Shown one piece after another: positions 1-8,551 of a stretch of 10,721 nucleotides of DNA. How positions within the stretch are numbered: the stretch's first letter is position 1; each line of letters opens with the position of its first letter. Origin of the DNA: Candidatus Eiseniibacteriota bacterium. GTDB lineage: Bacteria; Eisenbacteria; RBG-16-71-46; CAZEPH01. Position numbers and translations under genes: made by a program. Location: contig JBGATO010000109.1 in assembly GCA_044229145.1 (NCBI GenBank), forward strand, positions 1 through 10,721, given 5' to 3'. Below the pieces are notes generated by a model, which searched no databases, was not told the origin of the DNA, and was given only the letters and a program-made list of their open reading frames with translations.

Positions 1-1
1 G

Positions 2-379
2 CCGGCGCCGGCGCCACGCGACACCGCGATGACCACTCCGCCCGCGGTGAGCGCGCCAGCCGAGACGACGGCGGCCGTGGCCGCCCCCGTCCCCGAGCGG
101 CCGTTCCGCGGCATCCCGACGTGCCCGTACCGCGTGCAGGTGTCGTCGCTGCGCGATAGCGTCGCGGCCGAGGAACTCGGCACGACGCTGGCCGGCGCGG
201 CGAACATGCGCTACGACGTGATCGTCGATCGCTCGCGCGGCACCGCTTGGTATGCGGTGGTGATCGGACCGTTCGCGACGCGCACCGAGGCCGAGGCGGC
301 GAGTCTGCGTTTGGCGGCAATCAACCCAAGCGTCTCGCGCACCATTCTGCGCTCCGCCGCGACATCGCCCGCGCCGTAG
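2..379 (+). CDS. SPOR-domain (peptidoglycan-binding) protein, C-terminal part; 5' end probably outside the window
   Basis: Frame is open from position 2 through the ATG at 29 to TAG 377-379. A Pro/Ala/Thr-rich linker precedes YRVQVSSLRDSVAAEEL...WYAVVIGPFATRTEAEAASLRL, the typical SPOR pattern. Confidence 0.8.
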   Translation, partial: PAPAPRDTAMTTPPAVSAPAETTAAVAAPVPERPFRGIPTCPYRVQVSSLRDSVAAEELGTTLAGAANMRYDVIVDRSRGTAWYAVVIGPFATRTEAEAASLRLAAINPSVSRTILRSAATSPAP

Positions 380-383
380 TCCG

Positions 384-1307
384 GTGCCGATTCCGACCTG
401 GGTCACCGATCGCTATCGCGTGCCGGTTCCTCCCGGGCATCCGTTTCCGTCGCGCAAGTTCGCGCAGCTGCGGACGCTGTTGATCGACGAGGGCGTTCTC
501 GCGCCCGCCGACGTGCATGACGCCGACCCCGCGCCGCTCGACTGGATCCTGCGCACGCATGACGCGGCGTACGTGCGCCGCGTGGTCGACGGCACCTTGA
601 GCGAGATGGAGCAGAAGCGGCTCGGCGTGCCGTGGTCGCCCGACCTCGTGTTGCGTGCGCGCGCCGCCGTATCGGCCACCGTGCAGGCAACGCGCGCGGC
701 GCTCACCGGCGGCATCGCCGGCGTGCTGGCCGGCGGCGCGCATCACGCACATCGCGACCGCGGCGAAGGTTATTGTGTCTTCAACGACCTCGCCATCGCG
801 GTGCACACGGCGCGCGCCGAGGGCCTGCTGCGGCGCGCGCTCATCGTCGACCTCGACGTGCATCAGGGCAATGGCACCGCGGCGATCTTCGCCGGCGATC
901 CGGACACCTTCACGTTTTCGATGCACGGCGCTACCAACTTCCCACGCGTCAAGGAGCGCAGCACACTCGACCTCGAACTGCGCGACGGCTGCGGGGACGA
1001 GGAGTATCTCGCCCTGCTCGACACGCACCTGCCGGCGGTGTTCGCGACGTTCGCGCCCGAGTTCGTGTTGTACCAAGCCGGCGTCGATCCGTTGCATAGC
1101 GACCGGCTCGGCAAATTGTCGCTCTCGCACGCGGGATTGCAGGCGCGCGACACGCGGGTGCTGCGGTGGGCACGCGAGCGCGATGTGCCAGTGGTCATCA
1201 CGCTCGGCGGCGGCTACGGCCGCCCGCTCGACGACACCATCGTGGCGCACGCCAATGTCTGGCGCGCCGCCCGCGCGCTGCACGACCAGGAGAACCCGAC
1301 CCCATGA
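384..1307 (+). CDS. Zn-dependent histone deacetylase family amidohydrolase (bacterial, class IV/HDAC11-like)
   Basis: Motifs HPFP, GGAHHA, GEGYCVFND, DLDVHQGNGT, AGVDP..SDRLG and GGGY. GTG start lies 4 nt after the upstream stop. Confidence 0.95.
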   Translation: MPIPTWVTDRYRVPVPPGHPFPSRKFAQLRTLLIDEGVLAPADVHDADPAPLDWILRTHDAAYVRRVVDGTLSEMEQKRLGVPWSPDLVLRARAAVSATVQATRAALTGGIAGVLAGGAHHAHRDRGEGYCVFNDLAIAVHTARAEGLLRRALIVDLDVHQGNGTAAIFAGDPDTFTFSMHGATNFPRVKERSTLDLELRDGCGDEEYLALLDTHLPAVFATFAPEFVLYQAGVDPLHSDRLGKLSLSHAGLQARDTRVLRWARERDVPVVITLGGGYGRPLDDTIVAHANVWRAARALHDQENPTP

Positions 1308-2395
1308 TCCGCGTCTCCGACGACCTCGCGGCCACCGCCACCCGCACGTTGCAAGCTCACGGCCCGCACGACGTCGCACGCGAGCTCGCGCTGCTCGCGG
1401 CGGAGGCGGGCGCCCAGACCGTTTCCGATGTCTACGGCGAGGGTGCGCTGATCCGCGACTTCGAGGCGGAGGTCGCCGCGCTGCTCGGGAAGCCGGCGGC
1501 GGTGTTCATGCCGAGCGGCACGATGGCGCAGCAGATCGCCCTGCGCATCTGGGCCGAGCGACACCAGACGCGCGCGGTGGCGTTCCACGCGACGAGCCAT
1601 CTCGAGTTGCACGAACAGCATGGGTACACACACTTGCACGGTTTGGAGGCGACGCTGATCGGCGATCCGTCGCGACCGTGGTCGCTCGACGACCTCCGCT
1701 CGGTGCCGGCCACGCCGCGGCTCGCCGCCGTGTTGTGGGAGTTGCCGCAACGCGAACTCGGTGGCGTGTTGCCGCCGTGGGACGATCTCGTCGCGCAGAT
1801 CGCGTGGGCGCGCGCGCGCGGCGCGGCGACGCATCTCGATGGCGCGCGGCTGTGGCAGTGTCCGCCGTTCTACGGACGGCCGGTGCACGAGATCGCGGCG
1901 CTGTTCGACAGCGTGTACGTGTCGTTCTACAAGGATCTCGGGGCGATCGCCGGTGCGGTGCTCGCGGCGGACGCCGAGGTCATCGAGGACGCCCGTGTGT
2001 GGCTGCGCCGGCACGGCGGCAATCTGGTGCGATTGTATCCGTACGTGTTGAGTGCGCGTCACGGCCTGCGCGAGCGGCGGCCGCGGATTCCGCAGTGGCA
2101 TGTCTGGATGCAGGACTTCGCGGCAGCCGTGCGGCCGATCGACGGTCTGACCCTCACGCCCGATCCGCCGCACACCAACATGGTGCACCTGCGTCTGCGC
2201 GGCGACGGCCCGCGGCTGATCGCCGAGCTCGGCGCCGTCGCGCGCGAGACCGGCGTGCTGCTCCTCCGTGGATTGGCCGAGGGGGCGACGCCGCTGGAGT
2301 GGCGCGCCGAACTCAACGTGTGCGATGCTGCCGCCGCCGTGCCGCCCGCCGAGGCGGCGGCGTTGTTCGCCCGCGTGCTGCGGGCCGGCGCCTGA
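1304..2395 (+). CDS. Low-specificity L-threonine aldolase / beta-eliminating lyase family (PLP-dependent), 363 aa
   Basis: Motifs FMPSGTMAQQIAL, HLELHE, HLDGARLW and SVYVSFYK(PLP Lys)DLG. Start reassigned from 1166 to ATG 1304 because of the ATGA overlap with the HDAC stop and the AGGAG SD at 1288-1292. Confidence 0.92.
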   Translation: MIRVSDDLAATATRTLQAHGPHDVARELALLAAEAGAQTVSDVYGEGALIRDFEAEVAALLGKPAAVFMPSGTMAQQIALRIWAERHQTRAVAFHATSHLELHEQHGYTHLHGLEATLIGDPSRPWSLDDLRSVPATPRLAAVLWELPQRELGGVLPPWDDLVAQIAWARARGAATHLDGARLWQCPPFYGRPVHEIAALFDSVYVSFYKDLGAIAGAVLAADAEVIEDARVWLRRHGGNLVRLYPYVLSARHGLRERRPRIPQWHVWMQDFAAAVRPIDGLTLTPDPPHTNMVHLRLRGDGPRLIAELGAVARETGVLLLRGLAEGATPLEWRAELNVCDAAAAVPPAEAAALFARVLRAGA

Positions 2396-2409
2396 GGAGC
2401 TCGCGTCGC

Positions 2410-3105
2410 ATGCCGCAAACCCCGCACTCCGAAAAACACTTCACGGCCACCGACGTCGTGCGCGATATCGTCATCGGCATGTCGGATGGCCTCACGGTGC
2501 CGTTCGCGCTCGCCGCCGGATTGAGCGGCGCGGTGGAATCGACGGCGATCATCGTCACCGCGGGCCTCGCGGAGATCGCCGCCGGCGCGATCGCCATGGG
2601 ATTGGGCGGCTACCTCGCCGCGCGCAGCGACGCCGACCACTACGCCAGCGAAGTGCGCCGCGAGGAACGCGAGATCGTCGAGAAGCCGGACGCCGAAGCG
2701 GAAGAAGTCGCCGAGGTGTTCCGCGCGTACGGGCTCGACGAGCGCGACATCGCGCCCGTGCTCAAACGCCTGCAAGCCAATCCGGCGCGCTGGGTCGACT
2801 TCATGATGCGCTTCGAGCTCGGTCTCGAAGCGCCGCAGCCGCGCCGCGCGGTGACCAGTGCCGGGACCATCGCCGCCTCGTACATCGCCGGCGGCATCAT
2901 CCCGCTGTCGCCGTATCTGTTCTTCCACACCGCGTCGCAGGCGCTGCTGGTGTCGGTCGCGGTAACGCTCGTCGCGTTGGTGGTGTTCGGCTGGGCGAAG
3001 GGGCATTTCACCGGCGCGCGGCCGCTGCGCAGTGCGTTGCAGACGGCACTCGTCGGCAGTCTCGCCGCGGGCGCGGCGTTCGTCATCGCGCGATTGATCT
3101 CGTAA
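2410..3105 (+). CDS. VIT1/CCC1 family Fe2+/Mn2+ transporter, 231 aa
   Basis: Motifs RDIVIGMSDGLTVPFALAAGL and AEIAAGAIAMGLGGYLA, an acidic metal-binding loop (EVRREEREI..EAEE), FMMRFELG and C-terminal TM helices. SD GAGGAG at 2394-2399. It is the C-terminal part of the 655..3105 track ORF. Confidence 0.95.
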   Translation: MPQTPHSEKHFTATDVVRDIVIGMSDGLTVPFALAAGLSGAVESTAIIVTAGLAEIAAGAIAMGLGGYLAARSDADHYASEVRREEREIVEKPDAEAEEVAEVFRAYGLDERDIAPVLKRLQANPARWVDFMMRFELGLEAPQPRRAVTSAGTIAASYIAGGIIPLSPYLFFHTASQALLVSVAVTLVALVVFGWAKGHFTGARPLRSALQTALVGSLAAGAAFVIARLIS

Positions 3106-3114
3106 ACGATCGCA

Positions 3115-4341
3115 GTGACCCGCGACTTCCGCCGCCTGTGGGCGGCGCAGACGACCTCGATGTTCGGCTCGCTCATCACGCGCGCCGCGCTGCCGTTCAC
3201 CGCCGTGTTGTGGCTCCACGCGACGGCGTGGCAGATGAGCGTGCTGGCGATGGCCGATGTCGTCTCCCATCTCGTCGTCAGTCCGTTCGCCGGCGTGTGG
3301 GCGGACCGCCTGCGCCGCCGGCCGCTGCTCATCGCAACCGATGTAGCGCGCGCCGTGCTACTCGGCTCCGTCCCGGTCGCCTACCTGTTCGGCGTGTTGC
3401 GCTTTCCGCATCTGGTCGTGGTGATGTTCGCCAGTGGCGCGTGCACGGTGGTGTTCGAAGTGGCACACCAGGCGTACGTGCCGCTCTTGGTGGCGCGCGA
3501 GGAGTTGATGCAGGCGAACGCGCGGCTGCTCGCCACGGCGGCGGTGGCCGAAACGGCGGCGTTCGGCCTCGCGGGTTGGTTGGTGCAGGCGCTGAGCGGG
3601 CCGATCGCGGTGGCGATCGATGCGCTGTCGTTCGTGGCGTCGGCGCTCTTGCTCGTGCAGATTCGCACGCCGGAACCGGCGCGCGTCGAGGTGCCGCACA
3701 GCGATGCCGCCGCGCAGTGGCGCGAGATGACCGAGGGCGTGCGCGTGGTATGGGACTCGGTGCCGCTGCGCGCGATGGCGGTGTCGACGATGCTGCTGAT
3801 GGCCTCGTTCAGCATCTTCCGCACCTGCTACATGCTGTACCTGACGTCGCTCGGCTTCCGGCCCGGCGTGCTCGGCATGGTGTTCGCGGTGGGCGGTGTG
3901 AGTTCGTTCTTCGGCGCGACACTGACACGGCGCGCCAGCGAGCGCTTCGGCGTCGGCACCGTGATGATCGGCGGCCTGCTCGCCTGCACGGCGGGGTTTG
4001 CGCTGATTCCGGTGGCGTACGACGCCGGATGGCTGTCGCTCGGCTTGCTCATCGCGCAACAGTTGATTGGCGACGGCGGCATCACCGCCTACGACCTCAC
4101 GCAAGTGAGCGTGCGACAGACGCTGGTCGACGAATCGCGTCTCGGCCGCGTCGGCGCCGGCGTGCGGTTGTTGCAGGCGGTGGCCCAACTCGCCGGCGCG
4201 GGGTTCGCCGGCTGGATGGGGTCGGCGTTCGGCACGCGGTGGGCGATGGCGAGTGCCGCGGGTCTGCTCGCGCTCGCGGCGCTGTGGCTGGCATCGACAC
4301 CGGTGCGCCGCCTCGGGCGGATGGCGACGCTGCGCGCCTAG
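3115..4341 (+). CDS. Major facilitator superfamily transporter (about 12 TM), substrate unknown
   Basis: N-terminal RDFRRLWAAQTTSMFG, motif A GVWADRLRRRPLL, second-half SERFG, late RQTLVDESRLGRV, and many hydrophobic helices. Confidence 0.92.
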   Translation: MTRDFRRLWAAQTTSMFGSLITRAALPFTAVLWLHATAWQMSVLAMADVVSHLVVSPFAGVWADRLRRRPLLIATDVARAVLLGSVPVAYLFGVLRFPHLVVVMFASGACTVVFEVAHQAYVPLLVAREELMQANARLLATAAVAETAAFGLAGWLVQALSGPIAVAIDALSFVASALLLVQIRTPEPARVEVPHSDAAAQWREMTEGVRVVWDSVPLRAMAVSTMLLMASFSIFRTCYMLYLTSLGFRPGVLGMVFAVGGVSSFFGATLTRRASERFGVGTVMIGGLLACTAGFALIPVAYDAGWLSLGLLIAQQLIGDGGITAYDLTQVSVRQTLVDESRLGRVGAGVRLLQAVAQLAGAGFAGWMGSAFGTRWAMASAAGLLALAALWLASTPVRRLGRMATLRA

Positions 4342-4832
4342 CCTGCCGCGGCGCCCGCGAACGCGCGCTCGTGCTCGAGCAATGCCTGCTTGCGCGCCAG
4401 TCCGTGTGCGTATCCGGTCAACGTGCCATTCGCGCCGATGACGCGATGGCACGGCACGACGATGCCGATCGGGTTCGCGCCGTTCGCCGCGCCGACGGCC
4501 CGTGCTGCCTGCGGACGCCCGAGTTGCGCGGCCAGTTCGCCATAGCTGCGCGTCTCGCCGGCCGGAATGGTGCGCAGGAGCGCCCACACGTCCTGCTGAA
4601 ACGGCGTGCCGGGCGCCGCGCAGGGAATCGACCGCAGCGCGTCGAGATCGCCTCGCCAGTACGCGGCGAGCGGCTCGCGCAGCCAAGCCGGCGCCAGTGC
4701 ATCGATCCCGTCGACGCGGTGACGCGTCGAGGGAGTCTCGGCGAACTGCAACAGCAGCAGCGCGTCCCCTCGCCAGCCGGCGACGAGGTCGCCATACGGC
4801 GACGCGAGACGCGAACGAGACAGCGGGGTCAT
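4338..4832 (-). CDS. ogt: Methylated-DNA--protein-cysteine S-methyltransferase, 164 aa
   Basis: Motifs GTPFQQDVW, IPAGETRSYGELA, ARAVGAANGANP and active site VPCHRVIG. ATG at 4832 overlaps the upstream TGA (ATGA) and has an AAAGGAGA SD. Its stop shares CTAG 4338-4341 with the convergent MFS gene. Confidence 0.96.
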   Translation of the reverse strand: MTPLSRSRLASPYGDLVAGWRGDALLLLQFAETPSTRHRVDGIDALAPAWLREPLAAYWRGDLDALRSIPCAAPGTPFQQDVWALLRTIPAGETRSYGELAAQLGRPQAARAVGAANGANPIGIVVPCHRVIGANGTLTGYAHGLARKQALLEHERAFAGAAAG

Positions 4833-6294
4833 ACGGAGTCTCCTTTCACAGGGGCCAGTCGCCACAAGTGCATCACGGCGTACGCGCGCCACGGACGCCA
4901 CGCTTCGGCGCGCGCCTCGAGCGCCGCGGCGGTCAGCGGGGTTGGGTCGGGCGATGCGACGCGACGCAAGATGAGATCGCCGGCGGGGAAAGCATCGGGT
5001 TCGCCGAGCGCCCGCAGTGCGATGTATTCGGCGGTCCACGGACCGATGCCGGGCAGCGCGCACAGAGCGGCACGCGTGTCCTCCGGCGCGCGCGAGCCAT
5101 CCAGCGCGACGCGGCCGTCGAGCACCGCGCGGGCCAGCGTGCGCACCGCCTCCACGCGCGAGCTCGGGGCCCCGAGCTGCGCGAGATCTGCATCGAGCAC
5201 TTGCGCCGGGGTGGGGAACAGATGCGTCAGCGCGCCCTGCGGCGCGACGAGCGGCGTTCCACAGCGGGCTACCACGCGACCGGCGAGCGTGCGGGCTCCT
5301 GCCACCGACACCTGCTGCCCGAGAATCGCGCGCACGCCGACCTCGAAGCCGTCCCACGCGCCGGGCACCCGCAGGCCGGGCGTCGCACGCACGGAGGGGC
5401 GCAGCAGCGGATCGCGACGCAGGACATCGGCAATCGCCTGCGGATCCGCGTCGGCATCGCACAGGCGTCGCACGCGGGCCAGCACGCGCGCTGCATCCGC
5501 CACCGCCGCGCGCGCGAGTTCGACATCGAGCACGTGTCGCCGCGGCGCGAAGCGGACGCGCAACACGCTCGGTCCGGCGTGGGTGTCCAGGGTGCGCGCG
5601 TAGCCGTCGTCGTCCACCGTCTCGACGCCGGGAATTGCCCGTGCGGCGAAGAACGCGCGCAACGCGTCCCACGCGAACGGCCGCCGCACCGCGACGCGTA
5701 GCACGAAGCGATCGCCCGCCGCGGCGACGTCCTCCGCTTCGTCCTTGCGCATCGCCCGTGGTGCGATGGCGAAACGCGCCTGCATCACCTCGTTGAAACG
5801 CCGCACGCTGCGAAATCCGGCGGCGTGGGCGATCTCGGCGATCGGCAAGGTCGTTTCCGCGAGCAGACGGCGCGCCACGTGCGCGCGTCGCGTCGCGGCG
5901 ATCGCCTGCGGGGTAGCTCCGAGCTGCTCGGCGAACAACCGGCGCAGGTGGCGCGCCCCGATCCCGAGCGCGTCACCGAGCGATTCGACATCGCCGTCGT
6001 CCAAGCGGCCCTCATCGATCAGCCGGAGCGCGCGCGCTACCGTCGCCGACGTGCCGCTCCACGCCGGCGTGCCGGGCGCGGTCTCGGGACGGCAGCGGCG
6101 ACAGGCGCGGAAGCCGGCCTCTCCGCGGCGGCAGCGCAGGCGTAGAAGGTAACGTTGCGCTGGTGCGGCGTGCGCGCCGGGCACACCGGCCGGCAGTAGA
6201 TGCCGGTGGAGCGCACCGCGGTGAAGAAGCGGCCATCGAAGCGCGCGTCGCGGCTGGTGAGGGCGCGGTAGCAGACGTCCGGGTCGAGTTCCAT
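4829..6294 (-). CDS. alkA: Ada(N)-AraC HTH-AlkA fusion (methylphosphotriester-sensing regulator plus DNA-3-methyladenine glycosylase II); frameshifted near 6121 as given, 488 aa if corrected
   Basis: N-terminal [38 protein letters not shown] is in one frame. [11 protein letters not shown], the AraC HTH ([20 protein letters not shown]), the AlkA N-domain and the HhH-GPD motif [18 protein letters not shown] are in another. Adding one base (GCG GAG [G]AG GCC GGC TTC) joins them. Confidence 0.93.
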
Positions 6295-6300
6295 ACCGGC

Positions 6301-6309
6301 ATTGAACCA
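6301..6309 (-). promoter_or_regulatory. Putative extended -10 element for a leaderless ada-alkA transcript
   Basis: Minus strand reads TGG-TTCAAT-GCCGGT-ATG(6294). No SD sequence precedes the start codon. Confidence 0.45.
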
Positions 6310-6326
6310 CGCGTCCGCGGCGGCGT

Positions 6327-6344
6327 CTGGCGGAAAACGGACAT
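6327..6344. promoter_or_regulatory. Candidate binding site for the Ada-AlkA regulator (Ada-box-like)
   Basis: CTGGCGGAAAACGGACAT sits about -33 to -50 from the ada-alkA start. It resembles motifs I recall upstream of ada-alkA fusions in other GC-rich bacteria (not verified here). Confidence 0.45.
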
Positions 6345-6355
6345 GGCGGTGAGCC

Positions 6356-6385
6356 GCGACACGGCGCGCGCCGGCCGCGTATGAT
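6356..6385 (+). promoter_or_regulatory. Putative sigma70 promoter giving a leaderless mRNA for the metallophosphoesterase
   Basis: GCGACA(6356-6361)-N18-TATGAT(6380-6385)-N7-ATG(6393), with no SD. Confidence 0.5.
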
Positions 6386-6392
6386 GCGCCGC

Positions 6393-7568
6393 ATGTCCTT
6401 CTCGCCCCGCGTGCGCGCTGCCCTGCAGCGCGCGGACGACGTTGCCGCGTCTCCGGCTGCCGTGCGGCCGGGTCATGAGGCAGCGCCGCGGCTCGACGGT
6501 CTCCGGCCGCGCGTGATTGCCTGCGGCGATCCGCAGGCGCCGGCGGCCGTCGTGTTCGACGTCCTCGACCGGCATGGTCTGCTCGGCGAGGACGGGTGGC
6601 TGGCCGCGGATGCGCACCTCGTCTTCCTGGGGGACTTCCTCGATTGGGGCGGCCGCGACCTGCGCGCCGCGGCCCGGCGCGATGGCGCACGGGTGCTGGC
6701 GTGGAGTGCCGTGCAGGACGCGACCGCGGTCACGCTGGTGCTCGGCAATCACGATCTCGCGCGTGTCGGCGAACTCGTGGGGTTCGACGACGCACGATTC
6801 GCCCAGGCGCAACGCGAGGCCGACGCCGTCTACCGCACCGGCTCCAATAACGAGCACGCGTTCCTCGCACGCTACCCGGACGTGCCGAGCGTCGAGTGCA
6901 TCGCGCGCGATTTCAGCAGCTACAGCGCGCTCCAGCAGGACTGGGTGCGAGCGCTGCTGCGCGCCCGCCGCTTCGTCATCGCCGCCTCGCACGGCGACAC
7001 GCTGATCTGCCACGCCGGCATCACCGTCGACGAATTGGACGGCATCGGCGTTCCGGGCGACCGGCAGAGCGATCCGCGCGCGGTGGCGGAGGCGCTCCAA
7101 CGCTCCCTGCACGGCGCGTGCGCGGCGTGGGACGAACGCCGGCCGCTGGCGATTCCCGTCCTGCATCGCCCCGGCGACGCGGAGTTCGGCGAGGGCGTCG
7201 GCATCTTCTACCATCGCCCGTGCCAGCCGGATCGCGACCACGAGTTTCCGCTCGACACGCCGCCACCGCGGCGCCGCTTCGACGCGCGGCGTCTGCCGGC
7301 CGGCGTGACGCAGGTCATCGGGCACATCCGTGACGGCAAGTGCCGCACGCTGCTCGGCGATTGGTGCGACGACGCCCCGGCACTCGATGGGCCGCTCCGC
7401 ACGCTCGACGTCGAGGGCGAACGCGTGCGCTACGGCCGCGGTGCCGGCGCGCGCCGGCCCGCCGGCGCGGCGCGCGTCGTCTTCACCGATGGCGGCCTCT
7501 TCCACGCCACACCGGACGAGTACGAGATGTACGACCTCGTGCACGAGACCGCGGCCCCGCGCGGCTGA
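6393..7568 (+). CDS. Calcineurin-like metallophosphoesterase with atypical motif I; start 6393 preferred (alternatives 6381 and 6384)
   Basis: Motifs in canonical order: IACGDPQ (usual DxH), [25 protein letters not shown]. Confidence 0.85.
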   Translation: MSFSPRVRAALQRADDVAASPAAVRPGHEAAPRLDGLRPRVIACGDPQAPAAVVFDVLDRHGLLGEDGWLAADAHLVFLGDFLDWGGRDLRAAARRDGARVLAWSAVQDATAVTLVLGNHDLARVGELVGFDDARFAQAQREADAVYRTGSNNEHAFLARYPDVPSVECIARDFSSYSALQQDWVRALLRARRFVIAASHGDTLICHAGITVDELDGIGVPGDRQSDPRAVAEALQRSLHGACAAWDERRPLAIPVLHRPGDAEFGEGVGIFYHRPCQPDRDHEFPLDTPPPRRRFDARRLPAGVTQVIGHIRDGKCRTLLGDWCDDAPALDGPLRTLDVEGERVRYGRGAGARRPAGAARVVFTDGGLFHATPDEYEMYDLVHETAAPRG

Positions 7569-7584
7569 TCCTGGTCGCGCCCTC

Positions 7585-7613
7585 TCGACGCCGCCCGCGG
7601 AGCAGGCTACAGT
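7585..7613 (+). promoter_or_regulatory. Putative sigma70 promoter for the 7665 gene
   Basis: TCGACG-N17-TACAGT (4/6 and 4/6 matches to TTGACA and TATAAT) in the intergenic gap. Confidence 0.5.
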
Positions 7614-7664
7614 TCCGGCACACGGCGCGCGGGCCGGCGCGACGCCTTCTTCGAGGAGATCCGC

Positions 7665-8336
7665 ATGTTCGTTCCGTCCGTGCGTCACCTGATCGGCAGC
7701 CTGTGCGCCGCCGCTGCGTTGCATTCCGCCGCCGTGGCGGCCCCGCCGTCCCCGGCCGCCCGCGAACTCCAGCAGCAGCTCACCGGCGCGCTGGTGTTCG
7801 TCAAGCTCGACATGCCCGCCACCTCGCGCGGTCTCGACGTGTGGCCCGATCACGCCGCGCCCATCGACGAGAAGCAGTACCTCGACCGCATCAAGGATGG
7901 CATCGCGCTGCATGCCGGCGAGACCACGTGGGTGAGCGACGTGCGGGTGACGCCGCGCTCGATCGACGTGCTGTTCGGCGGTGGCGGCTACAACTACCTG
8001 ATGGACGCCGGCGCGATCGCGGCAGCCGGGCACGGCGTGAAGCAGAAGACGCAGGAGCAGTTGCAGCTCGAGACGGAGATCATGAAGTCCGCGTCGGGCA
8101 ATGGGCAGGGAATGGAGGCGTTGCCGCAGCGCGTGCACGAACGCAACGAACTCGAACGCGATCGCCTTACCGGAGACCGTGCCGACATTCCGAAGTCCGC
8201 GCAAGAGGCCGCCGGGTCGCGGTTGTGCATCCGGTTCGCCGGCAAGGTGCCCGCCGAGAAGCTCACCGTGGCGTTCGTGCTCCAGTCGTTGGCGGAGTAC
8301 GTCGAGTTCGTGCGGGCGCCGGCCGCCGCGCCGTAG
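7665..8336 (+). CDS. Secreted or periplasmic hypothetical protein, 223 aa
   Basis: SD GAGGAG at 7653-7658. Sec-type signal peptide (RHLIGSLCAAAALHSAAVA/AP), strongly G/C-ending codons, and a charged helical middle segment. Confidence 0.8.
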   Translation: MFVPSVRHLIGSLCAAAALHSAAVAAPPSPAARELQQQLTGALVFVKLDMPATSRGLDVWPDHAAPIDEKQYLDRIKDGIALHAGETTWVSDVRVTPRSIDVLFGGGGYNYLMDAGAIAAAGHGVKQKTQEQLQLETEIMKSASGNGQGMEALPQRVHERNELERDRLTGDRADIPKSAQEAAGSRLCIRFAGKVPAEKLTVAFVLQSLAEYVEFVRAPAAAP

Positions 8337-8482
8337 CGCGCCGCGGCCCGCTCGGCTGCCGCGAACACCAGCGACACCGCGGCCAGGCCGAGCAGCCCGT
8401 GGACTGCTCCATGCAGTTGTAGACCGCACACTTGCGCCACGAGCCATTCGGCGCTCAGGGCGATCGCGATCGTTCCGAACAT
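7994..8482 (-). CDS. Small hydrophobic protein: 49-aa core at 8336-8482, ORF reading on to 7994 antisense to the 7665 gene
   Basis: Perfect SD AAGGAGGT 4 nt before ATG 8482 and a sigma54-like promoter upstream. MFGTIAIALSAEWLVAQVCG and GLLGLAAVSLVFAAA form two hydrophobic stretches. The true 3' end is uncertain. Confidence 0.55.
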   Translation of the reverse strand: MFGTIAIALSAEWLVAQVCGLQLHGAVHGLLGLAAVSLVFAAAERAAARYGAAAGARTNSTYSANDWSTNATVSFSAGTLPANRMHNRDPAASCADFGMSARSPVRRSRSSSLRSCTRCGNASIPCPLPDADFMISVSSCNCSCVFCFTPCPAAAIAPASIR

Positions 8483-8551
8483 GTGGACCTCCTTGGTGCG
8501 TGTGCTGCCTATCCCGCCGGCTGGACGGGTCGCGCGGGCGACTGCACCATG

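Noticed and set aside
655..3105. 816-aa ORF suggesting a large N-terminal extension or fusion on VIT1
   Set aside because: The first 585 codons are Arg/Pro/Ala-rich off-frame read-through of the HDAC and aldolase genes. The real start is ATG 2410 with its own SD.
2268..5603. 1111-aa plus-strand ORF
   Set aside because: Shadow ORF over VIT1, MFS, ogt and alkA with no motifs. Long stop-free frames are expected at this GC content.
4338..5672. 444-aa ORF implying a long Ada-like N-terminus on Ogt
   Set aside because: The upstream part is an alternative frame of alkA. Ogt starts at 4832 with an SD and ATGA coupling.
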